A stretch of 63,110 nt of DNA, the filler included, from Licmophora abbreviata (Eukaryota), in NCBI GenBank assembly GCA_900291995.1. It is 9 parts of 9 records of this genome, joined end to end, with 100 filler letters (N's around TTAATTAATTAA, not from the genome) between each part and the next. Parts side by side here need not be neighbours in the genome. Positions count along the whole stretch, not along the records: positions 1 to 6,260 come from OLMU01001062.1; positions 6,361 to 7,718 come from OLMU01001067.1; positions 7,819 to 18,754 come from OLMU01001068.1; 6 more parts are not named here. One strand, 5' to 3'. Below, piece by piece: positions 1-9,923 of this stretch. The position numbers were made by a program, and so were the translations under genes. A model generated the notes under the pieces. That model was not told the DNA's origin. It saw nothing but the letters and a program-made list of their open reading frames with translations, and did not search any database. The number at the start of each line of letters is the position of its first letter. The stretch's first letter is position 1.

Positions 1-2200
1 GCCCGCTGCCCCGGACCCAAAAGTGCAGGCCGAGGAAAGCCCGGCCCCGGAGGCGGACGTCGCTGAAAAAGCGGCGGACCATGCGCCCGAGCCGGTCGCT
101 GCTACTGAACCTGAGGCTGCTGTGGCTGAGGCTCCGGTGGAAGAAGCTCAGGTTGAAGAGGCTCCGGTGGCTGAGACGCCGGCCAAGCCCGATGAGGCCG
201 AGGCGCCAGAAGCGCCCGCAGATGCGGTGCCGCCTGTCGAGACCGAAGAAACAGCCCCGGACGAGACAGCCGAGACCGCAGCCGCCAGTGCGCTTGAGGA
301 CAGCGCGGAGGACGTTGCCCTTGCCCAAGGCGAAGCGACTGCCGAAAGTGAAGCGATTGCCGAAGGCGAAGCGATTGCCGAGGAGGCAGAGCTTTCGGAC
401 CGCGCCCCCGACGCCCTTGAAGCGCCTGAACCCCAGGCACAAAAGGCGGAAGCGCCCGAACCGGAGGCACCGCAGGAGGCGGATATCGTCGCGCCCGCGC
501 CGCAACAGGCCAGTGACGAAGGGGACGAGGGCGACAGCATCGCCGCCAAGCTGCGCCGCATCCGCTCGGTCGTTCTGCAATCCGAACGCACGGATCTGGG
601 CGATGAATATACCGAGGATCAGCACGCCGAGCTTGCGTCCGATCCGCAGGCGTTCCTTGACTCGGCAACCGCCGATCTCAACGCGGCCTTGGCCGAGGAT
701 GATCTGACCGAAACCGCCGCTGCCGGGTCCGAGGCTGTGGATGTGCCGCAGGATGATCTGGACTCGATCCTTGCCCGCTTCCGCATGGAAGAAGCCGCAG
801 CGGATGACTCTGAGGCAGAAGAGGCTGTCGACGATATCGCCAAGGCAGAAGAGCCTGAGACAGACGAGGTTGGGGCAGAAAAGCCTGTCGAAGACCACCC
901 TGAACATGCTGAAATCATTGACGAAACGCTTGATGACGATGAGCAGACCGAGGCCGAGTCTGCTGCCCCTCTCGTTCTGTCGCAGGATAAGCTTGCGCAG
1001 CTGAGGGAGGATGCGGTTCCCGCGTCTGACACCCCGCTTGAGCCGCGTGCTGCGGCGCAGCCGGTCATGGCCGAAACGCCGCTTGATGGGGACACGACCA
1101 AGCCGGCCCGCGTCCGAGCGCGCGTCGTCAAGATCAAGCGCAGCGACTATGAGGCCGCGATCGTCGAAGGCTATATCGAGGAAGACGAGTCCGACACCGA
1201 TGAACTCGACTCTGACGAGGCCAATGCCAATGTCTTCAACGAGGACATCAACGACTCGACCCTCAGCCCCGAACAAGAGGCCGATCTGCAGCGTGAACTG
1301 GCCGAGGTCGAAGCCGAGATGCGCCAGGGCGAGCGTTCGGATGACATCGACGACGCAGACGATGACCTGTCCTGGTTTGCCGATGATACCGTGTACGAGA
1401 TCACGGAACCCGCCACCGAGACGACGACCGACACCGCCCCGGACAGCAACGCCGACGCCGATACCGATGCCGATGAAGGGCATGCCGCTGCTGCGCCGGA
1501 AATCAAAGGGCGCGACAAGCTTGCCGCCGGGGGGCCGCAGAATGATGTCAGCCGCATGTTCCAGGAGGCCGACAATCAGCGCGACGAGCCTGAATCGAAC
1601 CGCCGCCGCAGCGTGATCCAGCATCTTCGCGCTGCCGTCGCCGCCACGCGCGCCGACAAAAAGGCCGGGATCGAGTCCGATCTGAGCAAGGATCAGTCGC
1701 CCTATCGGTCGGATCTGGCCGATGTCGTGCGTCCGCGCCGTCCCAACCTCGAGGGAGAGCCTGCGCGCACCCGCTCATCGCGCCCCGAGGAAACCCGCCC
1801 CGCGCCGCTCAAGCTGGTGGCCGAGCAGCGGGTCGATGTGGACACCCCGCGCGAGACGATCATGCCGCGCCGGGTGTCGTCCAGCGACCTGCAGGCGGGT
1901 CAGATCGGCGATACCGGCTTTGCCGATTTCGTCGAACAGTCCGGCGCGTCCTCATTGCCCGAACTTCTGGAGGCGGCGGCGGCCTATCTGTCGGATGTCG
2001 AAGGGCGCCCGCAATTCTCGCGCCCGATGCTGATGGGCAAGCTGCGCGAAGTGACCGGTAGCGACTTCTCTCGCGAGGACGGATTGCGCAGTTTCGGCAA
2101 GCTGTTGCGCGACGGCAAGCTGCAAAAGCTCAAAGGCGGGCGGTTCGCGGTCACGGATGACACCGAATTCCGCGCGCAAGAGGCTCGCAACGCAGGCTGA
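1..2200 (+). CDS. Large acidic, low-complexity hypothetical protein with a folded-looking C-terminal domain (5'-partial)
   Basis: Frame is open from the window start. Sequence is Glu/Asp/Ala/Pro-rich. The C-terminus (ELLEAAAAYL...FSREDGLRSFGKLLRDGKL) looks globular, possibly winged-helix-like. Confidence 0.8.
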   Translation, partial: PAAPDPKVQAEESPAPEADVAEKAADHAPEPVAATEPEAAVAEAPVEEAQVEEAPVAETPAKPDEAEAPEAPADAVPPVETEETAPDETAETAAASALEDSAEDVALAQGEATAESEAIAEGEAIAEEAELSDRAPDALEAPEPQAQKAEAPEPEAPQEADIVAPAPQQASDEGDEGDSIAAKLRRIRSVVLQSERTDLGDEYTEDQHAELASDPQAFLDSATADLNAALAEDDLTETAAAGSEAVDVPQDDLDSILARFRMEEAAADDSEAEEAVDDIAKAEEPETDEVGAEKPVEDHPEHAEIIDETLDDDEQTEAESAAPLVLSQDKLAQLREDAVPASDTPLEPRAAAQPVMAETPLDGDTTKPARVRARVVKIKRSDYEAAIVEGYIEEDESDTDELDSDEANANVFNEDINDSTLSPEQEADLQRELAEVEAEMRQGERSDDIDDADDDLSWFADDTVYEITEPATETTTDTAPDSNADADTDADEGHAAAAPEIKGRDKLAAGGPQNDVSRMFQEADNQRDEPESNRRRSVIQHLRAAVAATRADKKAGIESDLSKDQSPYRSDLADVVRPRRPNLEGEPARTRSSRPEETRPAPLKLVAEQRVDVDTPRETIMPRRVSSSDLQAGQIGDTGFADFVEQSGASSLPELLEAAAAYLSDVEGRPQFSRPMLMGKLREVTGSDFSREDGLRSFGKLLRDGKLQKLKGGRFAVTDDTEFRAQEARNAG

Positions 2201-2225
2201 CTGCCAACCCTGCGAACCCTGGGGG

Positions 2226-2267
2226 GCGCCCGGTCGGGATCATATCCGGCCGGGCGCTTTGCGTTTT
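2226..2267 (+). terminator. Intrinsic terminator-like hairpin between convergent genes
   Basis: GCGCCCGGTCGG...CCGGCCGGGCGC stem followed by TTTGCGTTTT. Confidence 0.55.
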
Positions 2268-2276
2268 GCGCCGGTG

Positions 2277-4625
2277 TCAGGCGCCGTAAGGCAGCCAGAC
2301 CGTCTTGATCCGCGTCGCCTGCTCCAGAAAATCGGGCGCCTCGCCCTGTGGGCCGAACCAGTCGCGGGCCTTGGCGTTGTTCACCCATGTCCGCTTGAGG
2401 CTGGAGGCGCTGTCGGTTTCGATCCGCCCCGACAGATCGGTCGAGGAAAAGCACCACAGCGCATCCAGATCGGCATGCAGCGCCAATGTCGGCGCCAGAT
2501 CGGCATGACAGCCGGTCAAGACGTTCACCACACTGGGCGGAATGTCGGAGGTTTCAAGAAGCTGGACCACATCCAGAGCCGCCAGCGGAAACGCCTCGGA
2601 CGCGACAAGCACCGCGCGGTTGCCCATCGCAAGGATCGGCCCCAGCACAGACACCAGCCCCAGAAGCGGCGCCTCGTCCGGGCAGATCGCGCCGATCACG
2701 CCCACCGGTTCGCGCAGCGCCAGCGTCATGCTGGCCTGTGGCACATCCAGAGCGCGTCCAGCGAACTTGTCCGCGCGCGCGGCCCATGTGAACAGCCGCG
2801 AAATCGCGGTCTCCACCTCGGCCACGCCTTGGTTTTCACCGGTCAAATCATTGATCAGGTTGGCAAAATCAAGCGCCCGGGCCGACAGGTTCTCGGCCAT
2901 GAAATACAGGATTTGCGCCCGGCTGTGCCCGCTGCTGCGCGACCAGCCCGACGCGCCCCGCGCCGCTTCGACCGCGTTGCGGATGTCTTTACGCCCAGCG
3001 ACAGGCGCATGACCCAGAAGCCTGCCCGCGCGATCGTGCACCGCCCGGCTATAGCCGCCATCGGGCCGCACCTGCTTGCCCCCGATATAGAGCTTTCCGG
3101 TGCGGTCGATCAGCGGCTCCGCCGCTGCTGGCGCGTCTCCTGTGTCGGCAAATGGCTCAACCGGGTGCAAGGGCGCCCCCGAAACATTCGGCTGCGTATA
3201 GTCCCGAAGTCCCTCCCATCCGCCATCCCGGCCAAAGCCGCTTTCCCGCATGCCGCCAAAGGGGGCTGCCGCGTCGAACATATTGGCGCCATTCACCCAG
3301 ACCACCCCCGCCTCGAGCCGCTGCGCCACCTCGAGCGCCCGCCCGATGCCTTCCGACCAGACCGACGCCGCCAGCCCGTAACGGGTGTTGTTGGCCATCT
3401 GCACAGCCTCATCCACCGTGCGGAACGTGGCCGAAACCAGAACCGGCCCAAAGATCTCGTCCTGCATCAAGGGGTCCGACGGGGCGAGGCCCGTGATCAA
3501 AGTGGGCGCGTGATAACACCCCTCCGGCACCGCACCGGCGGTGAACACCTCGCCACGTGCCCCGGCGATCATCGCGGCCACGCGATCACGCTGCACCGGG
3601 TGCACCATGGCGCCGATATCGATGGTCTTGTCCATTGGATCGCCGACGCGCAGCTTTTCCATACGCTTGCGTATCTTATCATGCAGCCGATCGGCGACGC
3701 TCTCCTGCACCAGAAGGCGCGACCCGGCACAGCAGACTTCACCCTGATTGAACCAGATCGCATCCACCAGCCCTTCGACCGCCGAATCGAGATCGGCATC
3801 GTCGAACACCAGATAGGCGGACTTGCCCCCCAGCTCGAGCGTGAGGGCCTTGCCACTGCCCGCCGTCACCTCGCGGATGCGGCGGCCCGTGGCGGTCGAT
3901 CCGGTAAAGGCGATCTTGTCGATGCCGGGATGCGCGGTCATCATCTCGCCCACCTCTGCGCCGCCGGTCACGATATTGACGACACCACCGGGAAGCCCCG
4001 CCTGCTGGCAGATATCGGCGAAGAGAAGCGCCGTCAGCGAGGTCCATTCGGCGGGTTTCAGCACCACGGTATTGCCCGCCGCCAGCGCCGGCGCCACCTT
4101 CCAAGCCAGCATGAGCAAAGGGAAATTCCACGGGATGATCTGCCCGCAGACCCCGATCTGCGCGCGGTCCGGCATCTCCGAGGCCATCAGCTGCGCCAGC
4201 CCCGCATGGTGATAGAAATGCCGCTGCGCCAGTGGGATATCGACGTCGCGCGCCTCGCGGATCGGCTTGCCATTGTCCAGAGTCTCGAGCGCGGCAAAAA
4301 GCCGGGCGTGTTTCTGCAAGAGCCGCGCCAGCGCATAAAGATACCGCGCCCGCCCATGCCCGCCAAGCGCGGCCCATCCCGGCAAGGCGCGCCGCGCGGC
4401 ATCCACCGCGGCATCCACATCCTGTGCGGTGGCCTCGGTCAGTGTGGCCAGAACCTCGCCTGTCGCGGGGTTCATGGACTCAAGCCCGTTGCCCGGTGCG
4501 GTAAAGCCGCCGTCGATGAACAAACCAAAGCGGTCGCCCTGATCCACCAGCCAGGCCAGCGCGTCGGCGGCGCTCTCGGGGGCGGTTCCATACGGCATCG
4601 TCTGGTATAGCTCTCTGACTGTCAT
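2277..4625 (-). CDS. Aldehyde dehydrogenase with a duplicated C-terminal ALDH-like domain (ALDH16-like)
   Basis: IIPWNFP, LKPAE, FTGST, LELGGKS, NQGEVCCAGSR and EIFGPV motifs, followed by a second partial ALDH repeat. Confidence 0.92.
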   Translation of the reverse strand: MTVRELYQTMPYGTAPESAADALAWLVDQGDRFGLFIDGGFTAPGNGLESMNPATGEVLATLTEATAQDVDAAVDAARRALPGWAALGGHGRARYLYALARLLQKHARLFAALETLDNGKPIREARDVDIPLAQRHFYHHAGLAQLMASEMPDRAQIGVCGQIIPWNFPLLMLAWKVAPALAAGNTVVLKPAEWTSLTALLFADICQQAGLPGGVVNIVTGGAEVGEMMTAHPGIDKIAFTGSTATGRRIREVTAGSGKALTLELGGKSAYLVFDDADLDSAVEGLVDAIWFNQGEVCCAGSRLLVQESVADRLHDKIRKRMEKLRVGDPMDKTIDIGAMVHPVQRDRVAAMIAGARGEVFTAGAVPEGCYHAPTLITGLAPSDPLMQDEIFGPVLVSATFRTVDEAVQMANNTRYGLAASVWSEGIGRALEVAQRLEAGVVWVNGANMFDAAAPFGGMRESGFGRDGGWEGLRDYTQPNVSGAPLHPVEPFADTGDAPAAAEPLIDRTGKLYIGGKQVRPDGGYSRAVHDRAGRLLGHAPVAGRKDIRNAVEAARGASGWSRSSGHSRAQILYFMAENLSARALDFANLINDLTGENQGVAEVETAISRLFTWAARADKFAGRALDVPQASMTLALREPVGVIGAICPDEAPLLGLVSVLGPILAMGNRAVLVASEAFPLAALDVVQLLETSDIPPSVVNVLTGCHADLAPTLALHADLDALWCFSSTDLSGRIETDSASSLKRTWVNNAKARDWFGPQGEAPDFLEQATRIKTVWLPYGA

Positions 4626-4661
4626 CTGCCCGGTTCTCCCGGCCTTGCGCGGCGCTTTCCT

Positions 4662-5651
4662 CTAGGCCAGCCCATGCCGCCACCCCGCCGAATAGGCACC
4701 TGTCACGTGATGTTCGAGCTGGCGCTCGATATCCCCCAACAGCGACGAGGCGCCAAAGCGGAACAGGTCTGGCTCGAGCCACCGATCGCCCAGCTCTTCC
4801 TTGACCATCACCAGCCAGTTGAGCGCATCCTTGGCCTTTGAAATGCCGCCCGCCGGTTTCATGCCCACCCATTGACCGGTGCGCTCGTGATAGTCCCGGA
4901 TGCAGCGCAGCATCACCAGCCCCACGGGCAACGTGGCATTGACCGCCTCCTTGCCGGTGGACGTCTTGATGAAATCGGCCCCCGCCATCATCGCCACCAG
5001 TGAGGCGCGCGCGACCTGACCCAGATCGCCCAGCTCTCCGGTGGCGAGAATCGCTTTCATATGCGCCGGCCCACAGGCTTCGCGGAACCGGCGCAACTCG
5101 TCATGCAGCGCGCCCCAATCGCCCTCCAGCACATACCGGCGCGAAATGACGATGTCGATCTCCTGCGCGCCTGCGGCAACGCTCTCCTCGATCTCGGCCA
5201 GTCGCAGGTGCAATGGCGACAGCCCCGCCGGAAACCCGGTCGAGACCGCCGCGACCGGGATGCCCGAGCCTTCCAGCGCCTCCAGCGCCGGGCCGATCAT
5301 CTCGTGATAGACACAGACCGCGCCCACCTGCAGCCCCTCCATGCCGATGGCCTGCAGCAGATCGGCGCGCACCGGGTGGCGGGCCTTGGCACACAGCCTG
5401 CGCACCCGCGCGGCGGTGTCATCCCCCGACAGGGTGGTCAGGTCCATGCAGGCCACCGCCTTGCACAGCCACGCGGCCTGGTGCGCGCCCTTGACGCTGC
5501 GCCTTGTCGGCAGGGTGGCCGCGCGGCGCGCGACCGCAGCACTGTTGATCCGCACCGAACGGACCCAGCCCAGATCCAGCGCGCAGCCCTCGTTTCGTGG
5601 CCCGATGGGTTTGGGCGCGAGACTGGCGTGATCCTGTCCGAGGGTCTTCAT
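4662..5651 (-). CDS. deoC: Deoxyribose-phosphate aldolase
   Basis: DLTTL, GFPAG, EIDIVI, ADFIKTSTGK, KPAGGI and RFGASSLL motifs. Confidence 0.95.
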   Translation of the reverse strand: MKTLGQDHASLAPKPIGPRNEGCALDLGWVRSVRINSAAVARRAATLPTRRSVKGAHQAAWLCKAVACMDLTTLSGDDTAARVRRLCAKARHPVRADLLQAIGMEGLQVGAVCVYHEMIGPALEALEGSGIPVAAVSTGFPAGLSPLHLRLAEIEESVAAGAQEIDIVISRRYVLEGDWGALHDELRRFREACGPAHMKAILATGELGDLGQVARASLVAMMAGADFIKTSTGKEAVNATLPVGLVMLRCIRDYHERTGQWVGMKPAGGISKAKDALNWLVMVKEELGDRWLEPDLFRFGASSLLGDIERQLEHHVTGAYSAGWRHGLA

Positions 5652-5737
5652 GGCTGATCCGGGAAAAACATGGCGATGCCGACAGCGTTACACGGCGCCA
5701 CGGGCTTGGCAAGCAGGCCTGATCGCAGCTCTGCAAA

Positions 5738-5787
5738 TGAGAATAATTCGCAAGTGCATTGACAGACCCACACCCTCGCCTCATATT
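5738..5787 (+). promoter_or_regulatory. Fur/Mur-like 7-1-7 box plus a sigma70-like promoter for the metal-binding protein gene
   Basis: TGAGAAT-A-ATTCGCA (5738-5752, one mismatch from a perfect inverted repeat); TTGACA (5759-5764)-N17-CATATT (5782-5787). Confidence 0.65.
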
Positions 5788-5819
5788 CACAGACGATGAT
5801 CCACAGGAGCATGACCGCC

Positions 5820-6260
5820 ATGACGACCATGACACGCCGCCGGATGATCGGGGCGTCCGCCACGGCCCTTGCCCTTGCCGCGCTGCCCGGCCACGCCCGG
5901 ACCGCGCCGCTTGCCGTTGTCGCCACCACCGGCATGATCGCCGATGCCGCCCGCAACGTGGGCGGCGATCTGGTGACCGTGCAGGCCCTGATGGGGCCGG
6001 GCGTCGATCCGCATGCTTATCGCCAGACCCGCAGCGACATCGTGGCGCTCACCCGCGCCGATGCGGTGCTCTGGCATGGTCTCTATCTCGAAGCGCAGCT
6101 CGAAGAGCTGCTGCTGGATCTGTCCTCTCGCGGCACTGTCACCGCGGTGGGCGAAACCGTGCCTCAGGACCTGCTGATCGCGCATGAGGACTATCAGGGC
6201 AAGTTCGACCCGCATGTCTGGATGGTGCCCGAGCTTTGGGCGCATGTGGTGACGGGCGTG
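5820..6260 (+). CDS. Mn/Zn/Fe ABC transporter substrate-binding protein (TroA/ZnuA family), cut by a gap
   Basis: Twin-arginine-like signal TRRRMIG; VVATTGMIAD, GPGVDPHAY, GLYLE and DPHVW motifs; start chosen from the upstream AGGAG. Confidence 0.9.
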
Positions 6261-6360
6261 NNNNNNNNNNNNNNNNNNNNNNNNNNNNNNNNNNNNNNNN
6301 NNNNTTAATTAATTAANNNNNNNNNNNNNNNNNNNNNNNNNNNNNNNNNNNNNNNNNNNN
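6261..6360. other. Scaffold gap with six-frame-stop linker; the same structure occurs at 7719-7818, 18755-18854, 29133-29232, 39679-39778, 53436-53535, 59110-59209 and 61497-61596
   Basis: N-run, TTAATTAATTAA, N-run; 100 nt each. Confidence 0.99.
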
Positions 6361-9043
6361 GCCGATCCCGGACCGGCCTGTTACCGGCGCGGCGGGCCGC
6401 TGACGGTGATCGATTGCAACGTCATGCTGGGCAAGCTGACACCGGCGCATTTTCCCGCCGTGTTCGGCCCGGATGGCGACGCGCCGCTCGATCTGGATCC
6501 GGTGCGTCGGCGCTTTGCCGAGCTGGCCGACACCGTCACGTCAGAGACGGGCGAGGCGCCGCGTAGCCCCGAAGACATGGCCGAAGGCTTCCTGCGCATC
6601 GCCGTCGACAACATGGCCAACGCGATCAAGAAGATCAGCGTGCAGCGCGGCCATGACGTCACGGGCTACACGCTGCAATGTTTCGGCGGGGCGGGCGGGC
6701 AGCATGCCTGTCTCGTGGCCGATGCGCTGGGCATGCGCAAGGTGCTGATCCATCCCCATGCCGGGGTGCTGTCGGCCTATGGCATGGGCCTGGCCGAGAT
6801 ACGCGCCATGCGCGAGGCCCAGATGGATGCCCCCCTGATCCAGATCGACCGTGCCCGTGAGGTCACCGCGACCCTGGCGCGTCGCGCCCGTGGCGAGGTC
6901 GAGGCGCAGGGCGTCACCGATATCGACACCGAAATCCGCGCGCATCTGCGCTATGACGGCTCGCATCAGGCGCTCGAGGTGCCTTTTGCCGACGCCTCCA
7001 CCATGCAGGCCGCCTTCGAGGCGGCGCATCGCCGCCGCTTCGGCTTTCACAGCCCCGAGCGTGCGATCTATTTCGACATGCTCAGCGTCGAGGCCATCGG
7101 CCGCACCGGCCATGCGCCGATCGCCGATCGCCCCTCGGGCGAAGGCCGGCCCGAGGCTCATGTGCCGGTGCATCTTGACGGCGCGCGCCGCGATGTGCCG
7201 CTTTATCATCGCGACGCGCTCGATCCTTCCGCCACCATCACCGGCCCCGCGATCATCACCGAACCCACCGGGACCAACATGGTCGAACCCGGCTGGTCGG
7301 CGCGGATCGACCATATGGGCAATCTGCTGCTGGAACGCACCGGGGCCATGTCCCGCGCGCATGCGGCGGGCACCCGCGCCGATCCGGTGCTGCTCGAGGT
7401 ATTCAACAACCTGTTCATGTCGGTCGCCGATCAGATGGGCGCCACCCTCGCCAATACCTCGTGGTCGGTGAATATCCGCGAGCGGCTGGATTTCTCCTGT
7501 GCGATCTTCGATGCAGAGGGCGATCTGGTGGCCAATGCGCCGCATGTACCGGTGCATCTGGGGTCCATGTCCGACAGCATCAAGACGGTGATGCGCCGCA
7601 ATCCCGATCTGCGGCCCGGCGATGCCTTCATGCTCAATTCGCCCTATCATGGCGGCACGCATCTGCCCGATGTCACCGTGGTGACACCTGTGTTCGTCGA
7701 TGGGGCGCCCGCCTTCTGNNNNNNNNNNNNNNNNNNNNNNNNNNNNNNNNNNNNNNNNNNNNTTAATTAATTAANNNNNNNNNNNNNNNNNNNNNNNNNN
7801 NNNNNNNNNNNNNNNNNNCGTCGATGGGGCGCCCGCCTTCTGGCTGGGCTCGCGGGGGCACCACGCCGATATCGGCGGGCGCACCCCCGGCAGCGCCCCG
7901 CCTGACAGCACCCGGATCGAGGAAGAAGGCGTTCTGATCGACAATTTCAAGCTGGTCGATCAGGGCCGCCTGCGCGAACACGAGGCCGAGGCGATTTTGT
8001 CCTCGGGGCGCTGGCCCTGCCGCAACATCGCGCAGAACATGGCCGATCTCAAAGCCCAGATCGCCGCCAATGAAACCGGGCGGCAGGCCTTGCTGAAGGT
8101 GGTCGAGACCTACGGTCTGGACGTGGTGCAGGCCTATATGGGCCATGTGCAGGACAATGCCGAAGAAAGCGTGCGCCGGGTGATCGACCGCCTGCGCGAT
8201 TGCAGCTTCAGCTATCCGATGGATCACGGCGCAAGGATCGAGGTGGCGATCACCGTCGATCACGCCGCCCGCGCCGCGCGGATCGATTTCACCGGCACCA
8301 GTCCGCAGCATTCCGGCAATTACAACGCGCCCAAATCCATCGCTCGGGCGGTCGTGCTCTATGTGTTCCGTACGCTCGTGGGGGCCGATATTCCGCTCAA
8401 CGAAGGCTGCCTCAAGCCTTTGGAGATCGTGGTGCCCGAAGGCTCCATGCTGAACCCCGCCTATCCCGCCGCCGTGATCGCCGGCAATACCGAGGTCAGT
8501 CAGGCCACCTGCAACGCGCTTTATGGGGCGCTTGGCGTGATGGCGTCGTCTCAGGCGACGATGAACAATTTCATCTGGGGCAATGACACGTTCCAGAATT
8601 ACGAGACGATTGCCGGCGGCACCGGGGCCGGGCCGGGCTTTGACGGGTGCGACGCGGTGCAAAGCCACATGACCAACACCCGCATGACTGATCCCGAAAT
8701 CCTCGAAAAACGCTTTCCCGTCCGCCTTGAAGAGTTCGGCATCCGCTCAGGCTCGGGCGGGGCAGGACAATGGCGCGGCGGCGACGGGGTGCTGCGGCGT
8801 CTGCGCTTTCTGGCGCCAGTCACGGTCACGACGCTCTGCTCTCACCGGAAGGTGCCGCCCTTCGGCGGCGACGGTGGCGCGCCGGGGGCGACAGGGCGCA
8901 ACTGGGTCGAATGGCCTGACGGCACCACCCTTGAGATGCAGGGCAATGACGAGATCGATTTGCCCGCCGGGGCGGCCTTTTGCATGGCCACTCCGGGGGG
9001 TGGTGGCTGGGGTGTGCCGCCTGACCCGGATCAATTGTCCTGA
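6361..9043 (+). CDS. ATP-hydrolysing 5-oxoprolinase / fused hydantoinase A+B (OplA-type); 5'-partial and spans the 7719-7818 gap
   Basis: [39 protein letters not shown] and [11 protein letters not shown] motifs; contig ends overlap by 24 nt across the gap. Confidence 0.92.
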
Positions 9044-9411
9044 TCAATGTGAACAGACCAGTTCAGATCGCCGTGATCTCGCCTCATGGTGGAAGGTCCG
9101 ACTCGTTTTGGCCGCACTCTTCAGGAGATTGTCCCGTCATATGCCGCCTAAAAGGAAGAATGCACAGACCCGCTATGATATCGTCAGCAGTAGCCGTTGT
9201 ATCGCATGTTGGTCCTAACGGAGAGGATCGTGACGAGTGGCCGGATCTTTGATCCGGTTGGTTTTCCTACCCTGTGGCCTCTCCGGGCTGGCTGGCGTCT
9301 TAATCCCCCTCGATCGCCATAAGGCCAATCGAGGATCAACATCGCGGAGCACGAGCATGTGTGGGCCACGATGAGGTATGGTGGTTTATTTCGAGACTGT
9401 AACGAGTGATC

Positions 9412-9438
9412 GGCCGGCGCATCGCGTCGGCCCTTTTT
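9412..9438 (+). terminator. Intrinsic terminator
   Basis: GGCCGGCGC-ATC-GCGTCGGCC stem followed by CTTTTT. Confidence 0.6.
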
Positions 9439-9536
9439 GTGTGATTTCCCGTTTGCATTGACCACGCCCATTGATGCCCGGCGCTCTCCTTCTTACGTCA
9501 TTTGCACATTGATTGACGCAATAAAGGAGCGATCCC

Positions 9537-9824
9537 ATGGACGAGAAACAAGCATATCAGCAGAAACTCGACGCCAAGCTCGACGAATGGAAAGCCGAAA
9601 TTGACAAGTTGCGCGCCAAGGCCGAAGGGGCCAGCGCCGACGCCAAGCTGCAATATCACGACCAGATCGACGATTTGAAGAAACGCCGCGACGAGATGGA
9701 GAAGGAGCTGGAGAAGATCCAGAACGCCAACGAGGCCGCGTGGAACGATCTCAAGGCCGGCGCCGACAAGGCGTGGGAGGCGATGTCCGACGCGATGAAG
9801 GACGCCTGGCGCCGCTTCGGCTGA
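9537..9824 (+). CDS. Small coiled-coil protein (95 aa)
   Basis: AAGGAG RBS; heptad-rich KLDEWKAEIDKL...AWNDLKAGADKAW. Confidence 0.85.
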   Translation: MDEKQAYQQKLDAKLDEWKAEIDKLRAKAEGASADAKLQYHDQIDDLKKRRDEMEKELEKIQNANEAAWNDLKAGADKAWEAMSDAMKDAWRRFG

Positions 9825-9923
9825 CCACGGTCCGGGCAACCCGGCAATCCCGCAACCGGTCAGCCCGATGACGGGACGGCGGGCCAATGGCCCCGCCGTC
9901 CCTCTCGTGCAAGGCGTGCCGCG

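Noticed and set aside
2157..4610. 817-aa plus-strand ORF, and similar long ORFs at 10014-11297, 23197-24684, 44783-46114, 51807-53408, 54245-56323 and 62109-62993
   Set aside because: These are antisense shadows of well-recognised genes in high-GC DNA and carry no recognisable motifs.
6305..6316. Recurrent TTAATTAATTAA as a biological repeat or CtrA site
   Set aside because: It is always centred in 100-nt N-runs; it is an artificial six-frame-stop scaffold linker.
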